Assembly: GCA_964035545.1 (NCBI GenBank)
Contig: OZ037768.1
Location: 17,157,875-17,221,874 of the forward strand
DNA length: 64,000 bases
From: Bugula neritina
Lineage: Eukaryota; Animalia; Bryozoa
Direction: 5' to 3'
The stretch's first letter is position 1. Each line of letters begins with the position of its first letter. Below are positions 13,402-28,200 of this stretch, in pieces. The position numbers and the translations under genes were made by a program. The notes under the pieces were generated by a model. That model saw only the letters and a program-made list of their open reading frames with translations. It did no database searches and had not been told where the DNA came from.

Positions 13402-14874
13402 TTTCAATTAATCTGCAGTTACAGCATTGCATGTTCAGTGAATAAAAATAAAGCAATAATTGGTTTATAATTAAAACTATTTAGTTAAGAAGTGTAACAG
13501 TGTGTTAGCTCTATTAGCGTGTAAACGTGATGAAAGTATTTGATGGTTACCTAATTACCTTTTATGTTTAATGTTACATTGTTTGCTTAGGCAATGGGTC
13601 ACCTTTTTATTAATGCTTTAAAGAAACCGAAAATTCTATAATATAATATTTCTTATGTAAAACCAACATATCATTTCTATTCAAAACTTTACCTACATAG
13701 ACACTGCATGTGTGTTGTTGGTTTAAGTTTCAAGACATGCTATCTATGACAGCATACAGTATACACCAACGCCTGGCATAAAAATGTCTGAATGTTAAAA
13801 AGTTACTCAATTATGATCTGGTGGTATTATAATGATTGTTAACAAACATTAAATTATAAACTATACGCTGCTAACAGTTGCCATGTAGTCAAAACCTGAT
13901 ACTAAAGAGTACTTCTTTAAATATGAATCTACAGAATATTGCCATTACTGCTCATTTTAGGTACCATTCCTTATGTTCCCTAACTTCTTGAAGAAAATAT
14001 ATTTACTAATAAGAAAATTGTGCTAAGTTGGCTATATCTACAAAAATTAGATATAATATTTGGTAACAGGTTATCTATCATATATAAACTTGATAGTATA
14101 GACCTATTAAAGTGAAAAGAATTCTTACCTTGGTGCTGTACAGAGACTATAATGAAACTATTTTCTCCTGCTTACAGGTAAATCACGTTCTGTCTAAATG
14201 ACACATGCTTAGAATGTGGAAAGCATACATACATCAATGTATGCTGATAAAAAACCAGGCTAGATATTATTCTTTGTTTTCAAGCTATTGAAATTAAGTC
14301 ATTTCAAGTTCAACCTTAAATCTTTGAACAATTCTGTAAGAAATAGTGTTTTTTATTACATCATTGTATTTGATGAACTCTATTTGGCTTTGTTTAGAAT
14401 AAACACCAATTCTTTCTTTTCATTCTCTTCAATTTTTTTCAATATTGTCAGTGAGGCGAAAGTGAAATCTAAACAAGCTTTGTATGTGCAAATGAAAGGG
14501 CATCTAACAGAACTGTGATGTAGGGTTATTACAACAACAGTAGAATATGAACCAGTAGACCACCTGGAGCAAGCTATATTATGTTATACAATATACAACA
14601 TCAATGAACATTGTCATGACACGAGTTTTAAGTTGCTTTATAAGTTGCATTGTTATTATTTAATACATATACAATATTACTATAATGAATAGAGAGTTTT
14701 TGCCTCGTGCTTTCTTTGCAGAAGTCTGCAGTTATTTATAATATTCGTCTAAATTTTTAATAAAAACTCACTTACCACCCTTGCGATAACTTGATAATCA
14801 GATTTTAGACATTCTAAGAAATGAGCAATTTCCATGCTAACAACACGATTTTCCAACATTTTACCATGACACAG

Positions 14875-14997
14875 CCACAATAATGATTGAATGCTCTCCC
14901 ATTGGCGATCCTCTTCCTGACACCACCAATAACCTTGCTAAAATTTGAACCCTTAACTTACCAGGCTATGCAGTGCTCTAACCATTAGACCAAAGCT
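14875..14997 (-). mobile_element. Highly diverged SINE fragment
   Basis: Plus strand ATGATTGAATGCTCT..CTCTTCCTGACACCACCAA..TTGAACCC..TGCTCTAACCATTAGACCAAAGC resembles the head and core of the 19871 copy. Confidence 0.55.
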
Positions 14998-16287
14998 GTT
15001 ATCTGTAAAGTGCTACCTTGTAACTTGTGTGTGTGTCAATAAGTTTTAGTGAATGGAAACTTATAGAAAAACTTTATCAAGGAATTTTGTTGAATATCTA
15101 TTCATTTGAAATTCTTAGGTACTTGTCTATAATATTATTACACTTATAAAATGAATATAATTTTACTAGGATGCATTAACTAGATGAATGTAGTAATAAC
15201 ATTTATGAGAGATGAACTCATATAGCTGCTTAAAGAATCTTTGGCACACTTTGTTTATGGTCAAAATATTCATATATATTGTAGGCATTATCTACATACT
15301 GCTTGAGAACGTTGTACATGCAGCTCATATAATTCTGTTTTATAAGAAATTCTGCGCTCATGCTGGTGATGTTTCGGATGGCCATTAAAGTTTGTGCCAT
15401 TTTAAAGCTAATAGTAAGTATTGTTGACTTACATTTCATGCTATTGTTAGCCGCTGCAACCTGCAGATTAATTGCTGAGATGGCTTGAAATTTCAAAGTT
15501 AAAGTGTTTAAGCCCCTCAGTGACTTAGGTGTGTGTCATAGCAGCTAAGAATAGCATGCATTAAAGGTTAGCAATAATAATAACTCAGCAGAGATATTGT
15601 GATTGCAGTCACTTTTTAGATTTGCCAATTTCAATTAGGAAATGATTTTAACTCTTAGGGCAACATGTTCTATGCATTTAGCAGATACAACATATCAGTT
15701 ATCACAGTGCCTGGTTATCTACCAAATGTTCTGGTTAAAGCATTAATCTAGATTGGCAATAAAATGAAAGTAGATATCCGAGATTTGCATGGAGATTCTA
15801 CATTTACTATCTAATATTACACAGATGCCTTTTTCTTAAAATCCAATCAGTAAAATTTAATTTTGGTTATAGAATTCGCAATGTTGAACACAACTGATAA
15901 TTTTCAGTAATTGCTTTAAAGTCATTGCAGCTACAATGTTATTGTCAAATGTTTATTTTATTGCATAAAAATATTTAAAAAACAAACTTTCAACCAACAA
16001 ATATAAAATATTGAAAATACTTGTTAAGGTAATGAAACTGTAAATAAACAAAATAAAATATGCAAGTGTGTAAAAGCTTCAACGAGAAGCAAAAATATTA
16101 ATCTTAAATGACAATAGTATTTGTTATATTGGGGTGTAAAACATTACTTGTCATAAACCTTATATAGGCAGAACCTATAACAGGAAGTAGATACTAATTT
16201 GGAAAGTTGTTGAGCAATAAGAATAGAGAATTCATCTGTAAGCCTTGCTAGCACAGAAAGCTGTCAGAACGAGATTTAATGAGTTGT

Positions 16288-19200
16288 TTAACTAGACATC
16301 ATTTCATTAACAGTATCCAGGACAGACCTCATTGGCTTGCCTTTTCCATATCCTTTCTGATTCGTCGCTCGCTTGTCATTGTACGACAGCAGATTATACT
16401 TCTGTTGGATGCCGCTAATAGTGTTCATCGTATTGGTTGTTTTTGTTAAATCAGAAAATTGCAGGCATGGGTACACTTGAACCTAAAACATTCACATATT
16501 ATTAATAATTCATTTATTGCAGTGGTTTAGCTTTCATCAATCAAGCTATGTGCATAAAAAGTTGTGTATACATAAACTAGGCACTTTTAATCTCAATTTT
16601 GATGCCCGATGTTTCAGCAAGATATCTGGTTTGCTGAGTAATAGGAACACAGAAGAGACCTGCGTGATGTAAATGAGCTGCAAAAGCAGAATATTTTTCG
16701 ATTGAAATGTTAACATAATATACTTACTTGGCAAGTATTTTCTATATGCTTAATGGTCACTTTTGGCATTGCACGGTGTTTTCCTGGAGCTTTGAATGTT
16801 TTACCCAAGTACTTGCTTTTACTGGCATCAATGTCATTGGTAAGTGTTGGAGGATTCAAGCCATTGTCCTGAACATTGTTGAACTCCAATTCAGAAATTT
16901 CACTGCAAAGACACTTAAAGTTTTCAACAGAAATTTATAAAAGCTGTCATTGCAAAGCCATCTAGCAATTAACGAAATCAATAACTGTCCCTAGCTAAGA
17001 TATCAATTGTAGTATTTATTTAAAACAGTGTTTTAAGATTCTTGTAATAGCATTCAACTCCTAACATTACTAACTGGCATGTGTTTAACTACTTTAGATC
17101 TCTTCGCCTACATATAGTATAATATTATGTATATAATATAATGTCTCATTCAGTCAGACCTTCAAATGTGAGGCCAACACATTCCAGCTGCATTAGCAAA
17201 ACTGTTTTGCTAATTAATTAAGAATAGGTTTTTCTAAATTCTTAATTCTAACACATTTAGCATGATAGTTTTTTATTACTATAATGTGTAGACCTTTACA
17301 TTTTATAAATTGACTTCTGCTCTCTCAAGTGATACTGGAGAGAGCAGAGCTTGACCTTGACCTACTTGACATCTGCTGATGACTCATCATCCACCTCAAT
17401 ACCGGCAGCCCTCCGCTCTTGTTCTTTCTTAGCTTTAGCATGTAGTCTCATTCTAGACATCATGAATAAGGTCTTCTTCCTACCAAATATGTAGAAGAAT
17501 TGCCACTCAATATTAACTTCTAGCAACAAAAAAGTTATAATGATACATATTGTACTAAATGTAATAATTGCCTTATTTCTTAAAGTAGTTAGTGATTTAG
17601 TTATATTTGTTTTTTAGATTTGAATGTTTGTAGGCTATAGTGTGTAGTGTTGAGTTTACCCAGTGGCCTCCGTGGTGTAATGGTAGCACACTTGCAAGCC
17701 AGAGGACTTGGGCTCGATTCCCAGTGGTGGCAATTATTTTACATAGTGCGGAATTAAAATGACTAGTTCTGTGGTTCAAGATTATAATGGGAATTTAAAT
17801 GTAAGTCACCTTTATCATAATAAAAGCTGCTTATAAATTTGTTTTCATTGTGGTTGAATTAAAATTGTTACAAATTTATAGACTACTACAAACCTTAATT
17901 GTAGATATGTACTGTAGGTTTGTAAAATACAGCCAAAGACTGTAGTAGGAGTATTCAAATCAGTGGAAGAACTACCATTTGTAATCACTCAGTTAACTTT
18001 TAGAGCAGTTCTGAGCTAAACTAAATTAAATTTTGTGTGTTTTAAGAGTATTACATGTAGTTATTTGGAGTTTTAAGTAAATGAGCATTGCCAAAGTACG
18101 AAGAGCTGGAAATAAAAGAAGCTAGAGATAAACAATAACAGTGTAGATAGGACTAATCAACTACATGCACAGTGCAGGAGAACTAAGCGCTACTGTAAAT
18201 AAAGTGATAGACAGAGTAATCTGCTCACAGATACACTAATTACCTGGCACGCCAATCTCTGAAACGCTGAAAGCTAAAAGCAGCATTATATTAATATATG
18301 TACACTTGTTTTATAATAAATTTTTTTGAGAATTATCAAATAAATTATATCAAAAATTTAGTTGTAAACAAATGAATGGTTTGACTTACCTCTGCACCCA
18401 TCTAGAATTTCCACCGGCATTTAGTACTTTAAGGGTCATAGCAGACCCCTCTCTACGAATATCATCTGGTAGCCGATGACCTGGGCTAACTAGCAAGTCG
18501 TTTGGCGACCAGTTATTTTTCTGCCCAAATATCCCTGAATATATTCGTACACGCAACATGATTTTACGCAAGTCATAATTGAAGACTTCAGATTTGGAAA
18601 AATCAATTTTAACTAATACACATCTCGTTTAATATATCACTGTCATTATTCAGCTGTCAGTTAATATTTGTTTGGCATTAAACTAACAAGTGTGTAAAAT
18701 ACCAGTCTGCAAGCAGTTCCCTCATCATGCAGCTACTTTATAAACATGACTCAGGAATAACAAAGGTATAACCATTTAATAAAATGTAAAACCTTTTTGT
18801 GGAACAAGGGTAGAATTTTTAAATTTTCTACCAAGTTGCTTAAAAGTTCAACATTGCACATGCTTGCCTATATTGCAAAATGAAAAAACTTAACTACTTT
18901 CTTCTCATATAGAAAATAGCACAGAGCATGTGTTATTCAATTCCGATTCAAAAGAGCCACACCGTTGTGCCAGCATTCTTTTCACTGAACACGACAGGGG
19001 GGAGGGCTAAGAAGAGGTTGATTAGTGAATGGATATCGATGAGCAGCAATTATCTCAAAAATATGATGATATTATGTAATTTTCCAATACATAAAATAAG
19101 AATCATAGCTTTACATGCATTTTAACTGAGTTAAACACTTATTTTTACATGAATGGCCATAATTTCCATTTTCAGAGTATCTTTACACTGTGATGCATTA

Positions 19201-22200
19201 TATTTGGATACTGCCTGCATGGAACTTATTAGACCTCAAAAACACAAATTAATTTATTCTATAATTCCTACTTTCTAAGCATAGTGATAATATTATAAAA
19301 CCCTTACCTATAAAACGACCTTGAATCGTCCACAGTCTGACACTGCAATCAGTACTCGCAGTGACTAATAGTGACTGATCATTTACATACGACACACTGT
19401 TGACAGCTTTCATGTGGGCTAAAATGCAAAAAAATACAAACTATACTTGAAGTAAAAACAGTAAATTCCCACAAATGATGATAACTCACAAAATTTTAAC
19501 TAGAAAGAATCAACCAATTAGATTTCTTGTAAGAAAGACCGCATGGCACACTGTTTATGACCCAAACTTTTTTAATAAAATATTAAATATCTATTCACAA
19601 TGGAACACTTTCACATAAACATAATTATTTTATGCTTATTAAATTAAAATTTTAAAAAAGTCAGTGATATATGTGGTATAAAACAAGTTGCAAAATGTTT
19701 AAATAATCAGATACAAATTATTTACCCCTGCATAATACACAATGTTTACTTCTACATTATATGCATTATTTACCTCTATATAGGATATACTAATTATTTA
19801 CCTTTATACAATATGAAGTATTTACTTCTACATAACACACAGTATTCGCCTCTACATGGTATATGAAATACTCACGCAAGTTTATAGTCACCATCCCTGT
19901 GAGAAAACCCCTGATGAATAAGGTTTTTGTTAAATCAGGCACATGAGCAATTATGACTGAATGCTCTTCCTAATATCATCAATGGCCTTTGTCAGGGCTC
20001 AAACCCATGACTTCTTGCTTACTAGGCAAACGCTCTAACCCCTAGACCACGGCTTCTCCCTACGTGATATATGAAATACTCACCCCTAAATGAGTTGAGA
20101 ATTGGTGGAATTATGTGAGTTCTGTGAGGCTCAGACTCTGGTGGAGCCACTGCATAATGTTTCTCGTACTTCTCCTTCTGACTGGCTGACACTAATCGAG
20201 GGGGTGGATCCAGCTTCTGGTACGCAAATTTGGTAACATTTTCTTCACGTCTAAGACTAGCACTGTTACCTACAGAAACAGTAACAAAGGCAAGTCATAA
20301 GACCATATAGTTTGTGGACTTAGTTTTTATTATAATACTTGTTGAACAATTTTCTAATATAAAATTATATGGTAAATAAATTATGCTATCTTTTCTACTT
20401 TTTGATAATAAGCGTATAAGAATTTATTTAGCAAAACATCAAGCCAATGAAGTTCATAGAAATATGTAGCAATGTATTAGTGACAGCATATATACTACGT
20501 TTCTATTGCTTCAAATGAATTTTTCATTGCTGTTTGGAAACAGTTGCAGCGAATGAAACTACAACTATAAGTTACTGTAAACCACAACCACAAATCCATC
20601 CAGATAATGCCATGTAATGAAACCCAGTGATAATGCAGACCTGCAGGCTTATCTTCAGTACAGTACTCAGATATATCCCAAACTTTAACATAACCTTGAG
20701 TGTCTCCAGTTATTAAGAACTCTCCTTGGTCATCACAGCACATAGCAAGCACAGATTCTCCTGATGAAACACATAATATAAGTTAATACAATTATATTAT
20801 GCCATGTAATTAAAACGCCTTCAAATTATTACAGCACACTTTCAAAAAGTACAATAGAGATGTTTTAACCAATAAACTGAAAGTTTAAGCTGTGCTAAGC
20901 AATACAAAAATGGCATAATATTTTATTTCAGGTGACTTTGGAAATCTTTTCCAAATTTGTGAAATTACTCCAAAATATCTACTCAAAATGTTTTAATGTA
21001 TTTTATATTGATGAGCTTCATTTGCATCAAGAAATAAGTTGAAGAGCTATAAAAACTAATTATTCAATAGAATAATATAAAAATCTTGAAAGAAAACATT
21101 AGGATGCATTAACACAAGGTCAATATTTAAAAATCATTACACCTGTTATATAGTGTACCAGTATACCACTAAAATGAGTGTTATAAACATATTATTATTA
21201 AAGTCACAGAGTGTTTACCATATGGTTTGTGAGCAGCATGGAACTGTCCCAGAAGTCCTCCATCTCGGTGGACTGACCACGCCCTCACCCAGCCGTGAGC
21301 TCCACTTGAGAACAGTTGTGCCGTGTCTTTACCCTGAGTAAACCGTATACAAATTCTTTCATATAGGTTCAATATTATTACTTAAGCATCACATGCTAAA
21401 TAAAATAAATAACAACATTGCTTTATAAGCCATATTCAAGATAAACTTGGGGTACACTATCACTGTGTTTTCATGGCTTTGCATTATGCAAATGGATGCT
21501 TGTATGGGTGCAACTGTTTTAAAACATCAAATGAAAAATCCGTTTTCATAATGCGAAGCTTGGAAACACAGGGCATACGTAGAGAAGACACAAAACTTTA
21601 TTTGATTTGAGAGTAGATAACTCTTTGTTGCAGGGAATTCAAAGCTGGAGCAACTAATTCTAAGTACCTCCTCCCTGGTGGGTATAAACAGAAGTTTATC
21701 AACTGCCACATGATGTTCTTGAGCATGAGCACCAAGCTTCTCCTCCGGAGTACTTCCAGCTAACTTGCTAATCCGCTGGCGCACACGCTGCACTTCTGAT
21801 TGGATGTCCCTAACTGGAGAAGCCGAATCTGTTGGCTCAGATACTTTGGAACTCGGTTGTTCAGTTTGGTTCTGAGAAGCTGTAAACTGATTCCTAAAAA
21901 GTGAACACTACTTTATTTTAAGAGTTGTGCTCCCCTTCAAGACTTGACTTTTTACGCAGCAAAACAGTTGGCAAAACCAACTTTGCATTTCTGAGTTGTG
22001 TTCTATTTAGGTAATGTGACTTTCTCTAACTTAAATGAAGAAGTGACTGTTCACACATGATAAATATTACATTATCTCTTAGAGATGAATAAATAGTGAC
22101 ATTCTGGCCTCATAAAAAGCAAATTTCTGTTGAATCAGCTTTCTCTAGGAAAACAAGAGTTAAATATACTCCTAAATCAATTTTTTATGGGACAAAAAAG

Positions 22201-25200
22201 CTAATCAAGGTAAATTGAAGACAGTAATCTTGCAAAAGGCGTTCAGTTAAAGCATGGCCTAACACTATCTATTGGAAGCATAACTGACAAATCAAATTAT
22301 CAAAAAGAACCATTACAAAGTTTTCTTCTCATACATGATAGAAATGCAAGAGTACTACATACTCTGTTATTTTCGGAAGTGTTACTGTTTCAGGATTTTT
22401 ATTAAATACAGCTTCTTCCTGCAACTTTTGTTCCTGTTCTCTCTTTGCAGATTTTTCTTGAGGCAGTTTTGACAGCGTAATCATTGATGTTAGCTTACTT
22501 TGTAGCTTGGTCATTCTCTGCTTAAAGTAAGTCTGTGGTTTGGTGCCTATGAACAGTGTGCACAACATACTTGGGTTGCAAGAAACTTAATCTGTCCACT
22601 ATACTACAAGAACATGTCCATGCTACATTAGTTTCAGAACTAATAATACAATAGTTTGAATCTTCACGGTAATTTGGTCTATTACAAAACTACTTCTTAG
22701 AAAATAAGGGTATAGTTAAATATATTTCAGTTTTACTAGATCTTAACATGAAAGAGTATAAGAAAAAGAATTGTAGAAAAATGAAATAGTTGTTAAAAGA
22801 GATTTTGCAGTGAAAATAAAACAGTTTAAAGTGTTTAGTTGAAATGGAGAAGAAATAATTAATGGTAACTTTTTGACAAAAGGCTGCCTGCAAACAAATT
22901 ATATTTCCACTTTAATTTGTTTTTCAGCACCTTTTATCAAAATATACCAGAAAGTTTACTGAAGAGAAATCTAGACATGTGCAGCAGAACAATGATATGC
23001 GAATAAAAGAACTTGTCACATCTGGTACATAATTGAAAGGGTTTTGGCAGAAGAATACAGGAAAGTATGAGTTTAGGGACAAGGATAGAAGGTGATTAGA
23101 GATGAAAGTAACTAATACCAGTCACCTGTAATTGTTTATTGTAAGAATTATATATCCTTTGAACAATTAGATTAGCCATACTGAGTGATGCTAGACTGGT
23201 ATACCTACCTGGCCCTTGCAGTTCGATCCCTGCATAGTAAAACATTGTTGTTGAATTAATTAAATAGAACTATTTATAAACTTTTATACACAAGGTCTTT
23301 TATATACGAGTATGAAAGAGAGAAGACAATATTATGAGCTAACTAATTATGAATTACATAATGGACTTTACAAGAGATATTATGTTTTCTAAACTATGCC
23401 ATAGCTTGTGTCTATTACTCCCACTATTTTTCAAGCACCACACAGGATTTAAAAATCAAAACTAGACTTATCAGTTCCAACTTTTAGCAGCTCACACATT
23501 TACATGTTTAACTTAAAAAATACTTTTAAATAGCTCTTTTATACATGATGTGATGGTAACCAATCATCATTGAATACTTTTTAAAAACTAATCTGTATAT
23601 ATATACCTTCATGAGCGTTCAGCCTGTACAGCATGTGTCCAGTCTCCATCTCCCAGATAATGATGTCACCATCATAGCTGGAAGTGGCCACAATGCATGG
23701 GTCAGCCTGGTGGTCATCGTCCTCTGCAGGGTCGTAGAAGTCAACTGCCAGAATGTCCTCTTTGTGTTTCTTATCCCACACCTTGGCAGGCAGGTCTTCC
23801 TCCCCATCCACAAACGCCAGAACCTGCAGAGATATTTAGTATAATCACAAAAATAATGCGCCATGATTATTTTCCATAAAAAAGATGATTTTTTATTTAC
23901 ATTAAAAAAGAAGTTAAGTATAAAAAAATTGCACACCGAATTATTGTCAAAGCAACAATAAGTTTTTTTGGGAGTTTGTGGTAGAATTTATTTTTCCAGC
24001 AAACTACATTTTTAATAAATTAAAGAGTATATAGTTACAAAATTATAATCTGTCTATAAGATTGTTTGATGTTGGCATTTATTCTCTAAATAAGCATTAC
24101 AAAATAATAAATCATAAATTTTGTAACTCACAACAGTTTAATCTACTAGTAACAAGCTCTCCGCCTAATCTCAACTTTCAACCACTCAGATGCATCATGC
24201 TGACTTGCCTGCCTGTTCCAGCCGGTTATTAGGATACGATCTCTGGGGCAGCACAAGCTCGTGATTTCTCTGTCCAGCTCTGTCTCAACATCCCATAAAC
24301 ATGCTCCGTTGTTGAAGTTCCACACCTTGACAGAGCCATTCCTAGCCCCAGTGATCAGCCTCCTTAGACTAGGATCAAACTGCATGCAGGTGATTTCTAC
24401 CCCCACTTCCTCACAGTCGCCTGTTGTGTGTACAGATATATATAACCTGGCTTAGTTCAACAAGGCATCAATATTTACTTTGTCTTAATTAGCTAAAACC
24501 ACTACTAAATTCAGCTCTAAAATTCTTAATAATTCAAGAAAAGAATGAAGATTCAAAAGTTTTCTGACATGTAACATAGTTTTACTGCAATAAAAACTTG
24601 ATAATATTAAGCATTATCTTGTATATAGCTAGATCTCATAAGAGAAAGCAAAATATTTGCATACATAATTTAAAGCTGAAAGATCCAGTGTTTCAAACAT
24701 TTTGCCTTTCTCTAGTGTAAAATATATTTGAAAGTATGCTAGAATATTAGCTTTCCTAACTGCATGAAAAGTGCTATAAGTTACAGAAAACATTAAGCAA
24801 CCTACTAAAAGTAGGAAGCAATCTCACCATGCATGTGCTACATTTGTCATTTGTAAAGCAGCAGCTTCTTTGATATTACAGTGTTGACTAAACATTTTAT
24901 AAGTCTCAAGAAGGATATTATGGGATATATGTTAAGGCTGACATAGTCAACCAACTCATACAGAACTAATTTAAGCTGCTTTCAAAGAAATAGTTAAGAT
25001 GCTGAGCAAATTGTTTACTAAAACCTGATACATAAAAGCTACTGGCTCACTGAGTGTGGTGCAATAAGTTGAAAGAAACACAACAGACCCACCACTTATC
25101 TGACTATGTGCATTCTTAAACTGTATCACTTTTTCACCATTCTCAATATTCCAACAGATAATGGTAGAGGCTTGGCAAGCACTAACAACGACGTTGAATA

Positions 25201-28200
25201 AACTGTTGTACAGAGCTCCGGTAACTGGAGCTTCGTGGGAAACTTGTCTCTGCTGCATCTCCTCGTCCTGGTTATTCTCAAACAGAGCCAGTTCATTGGA
25301 CCCCACAAATAGTACCTAAAAGTAAATACATTCTGGTAAAAAAATTTCATGGTGACAAAATTCAAAGACGGTCAGCGTAGTCCTAGTATAGCCTAGGGCT
25401 GAAAAACCACTCTATATGATAATAGGCCACAATAGTTATGCTAACAAGATGTAAGCTAATTAAAACTTTTCCTGTAGTAAACGCTTAAATATGTTCCATT
25501 AAGGTTGCATAAATGTTGATAATTTTAAAATTTGATCTTAAAAGCTAGTATAAAGCACCAATATGCTTATTCATATATTGCTTATAAATACATTAATTTG
25601 TCAAATGTTTTTGAAATTTGTATTAGACTGCAAGCTATTTGAGCTAATGAAATGCAAGAGTAACTAAAATGCACAAACTAGTTTTTACAGCTCTTTTGCT
25701 TTGAACATGTGACTCATTAGCCAAGATTCTGTGTTTACTAGATATAGCTAATTTATAAGGACATCATTCTTGTTTTAATTTAATTTGAATATTGAGTTTG
25801 CTAAATGGCCAGTCTGCTTCAAGGGATTTAAAAGAAGTTGTTATAACAATTTATTATGGACTACGAGAGACTGTTGTTAAATATTACCTTCTGTTTTGGG
25901 TTGAAACAGATAGAGGAGATTAGGGAAAAGTTCTTTAGCTGAAAATTCAGTATACAGCTGTGATCATGGACATCATAGACCCGGAGATTTCGGTCCTTAG
26001 AAACTGTGATGACTTGATCCCTGTCACTGCAATATTCACTCAGGATATAACAAATCTCATAATATGCTATGCAATGTCCAATCTACTGGGTATCTCAAAT
26101 AAATTGTTCGCCCAACAATTTTAATCACAAATGCAAACAGGCAACACAATTGCCATTATACCACCGTCTTATATTAGAAATACATTGGAGTAAACTAATA
26201 CATTATAATACTATCCAATCCCTTAATTTAATATTATTTCATTTTTGAATTTACAATATTCATGAATAAATACTTGCATTAATTTCTTGACTATTATCTT
26301 ATAAGAAATGGAGTTGTAATCCTTTTAGTAAAGCAGAAAATATATACATGAGATCTTTTTAATGCTTATGCAATTGAAAGTGACTAAAATATATTTTATT
26401 TTCTTTACTCTGTTGGTGGTCTACAACAGTATCTATATAGTGAATAACTCCTATGTGATAATTCACATTATTGCACTCTATAATGGGAGAGCCTAATCTA
26501 CATTGTATATATTTTTCAATATCTACTTTGATCTATAATGAATTGAGCAGAAACAAGCAAATAACCAAATACCAATCTGTTGTTCTACTTTCATAAAGTT
26601 GTCTTCTCCTTATTGCTGCAAAGCAAACTTTAAACTTAGACATCTAACGTCAGTACCTGTACATTTGAACATGTGTCACAGCGTCCAGGTGACCCATGAG
26701 GACAGCAATGGCTCTCTTAGGCATATATGGATTCCATATTCTTACATTGTGATCCAAACCTCCAGTTATCAAGATGTTGTTTCTGTAGCAGTAGTCGAAG
26801 CACAAAACTCCTACAATAGCCAGATGAGTTCATATTCACTCCGCTTCCATTACTTTGCATGAACTTATGATTATGGCTTCATTTGATGCAATGATCTCTA
26901 AATAGTCTAAACAAATCCAGTGCATAAGCTTGGAAACAATAGGCAACAGGCAGACAATTGTGGCAATAGGCTGGCATGCTGTTCAAATTCCAAAAGTACT
27001 TTCTCATTTATGATACGTCCATTCAAAGTTGAACAATATTGAAACAGTTTTAAAGTTGGCTTTTTATTTTAACAATAATAGCAGATGTTTATATTATATC
27101 TAGTCAGCTCCTCTTTCCTCTTTCAAATTAATTAATAAAATAGTTTTACACAACTTTTCCTATGCTTTTGTGGTGAATGAGTTCATATTATTTTACTAGT
27201 GATCATTTAGCATTAGTCCATAAAGTAAAACACCATTGTACTTGTATTCTGGTTAGATAATATGCCATTATAGTGAAAAATGTTTTACAGCAATAAAAAA
27301 GTAGCATCAGCAGCAAAAAGATGTTTTATACTAGACGTTACCCTAGAATATGCTGCAGATTACTAAGACTACTTTACAATTGAACTGCAGTTTATTTGGT
27401 TGAAAGGTGACAGATTTACATTAGCTTTAGTTTGATGCAACAAAATATCACATTTAAGTAACCTATAGAAATTTGCAGTGTGTGATAATTAAGATGAGTC
27501 AGGTGTATTTTATAAATACCAACTGTTATTACACAATGATATGAAAACAAAAGTTTAGTCAAAACTGCAAATTACACACCTTTTTGAATCTGGAAGTAAT
27601 AGTTTGCCTTCTTTCCTAGGATGTCTCCAAGATACATAGAATTCTCATTCGAACAGTCACACGAGACAAAGCATTGAAGATCAGAGAGGTATTTTACCTG
27701 TAACATCATCATAACTGACATTTACAGAGATGCTTGATCACTTAATGTGATTAGCAGAACCTTCATACTGTTGTTTATAATACTTTATGTTAAAATAAGG
27801 TTAGGTTAAAATGTATAAAATGTTTTGCACTTATATTTTGGCCAAACCCATTACAATTTCTGAAGCAAAGAACCGGATTGTGATTAAAACAAAGCAAAAC
27901 AAACTGCAAACAAGCAAAAGATAATCTCTTTGTAAACCACTGTCTAATTTATACTTTATGAACTTAGTGTTGTTGGTTGAAACCTAAGGTTGAAACATTT
28001 TAATATATATTTTTAAAGTAAAATATTTTAAACATCATCACAATAGTCTGAATGAGTGGTACTTGCTGTTAGCAATTTTACAACCCTTTACGATGTAATA
28101 TAAGGTATGGTTAGCATGGATACAATAATAATTGATTGCCTTCCTAAATTTTGAAATATGAAAATGAAAAGCAATTGCAGTGTGTTAAATTTTTGAATGT

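Noticed and set aside
17666-17732. Functional tRNA gene
   Set aside because: Anticodon arm cannot form and the T-loop is mutated; kept only as a pseudogene.
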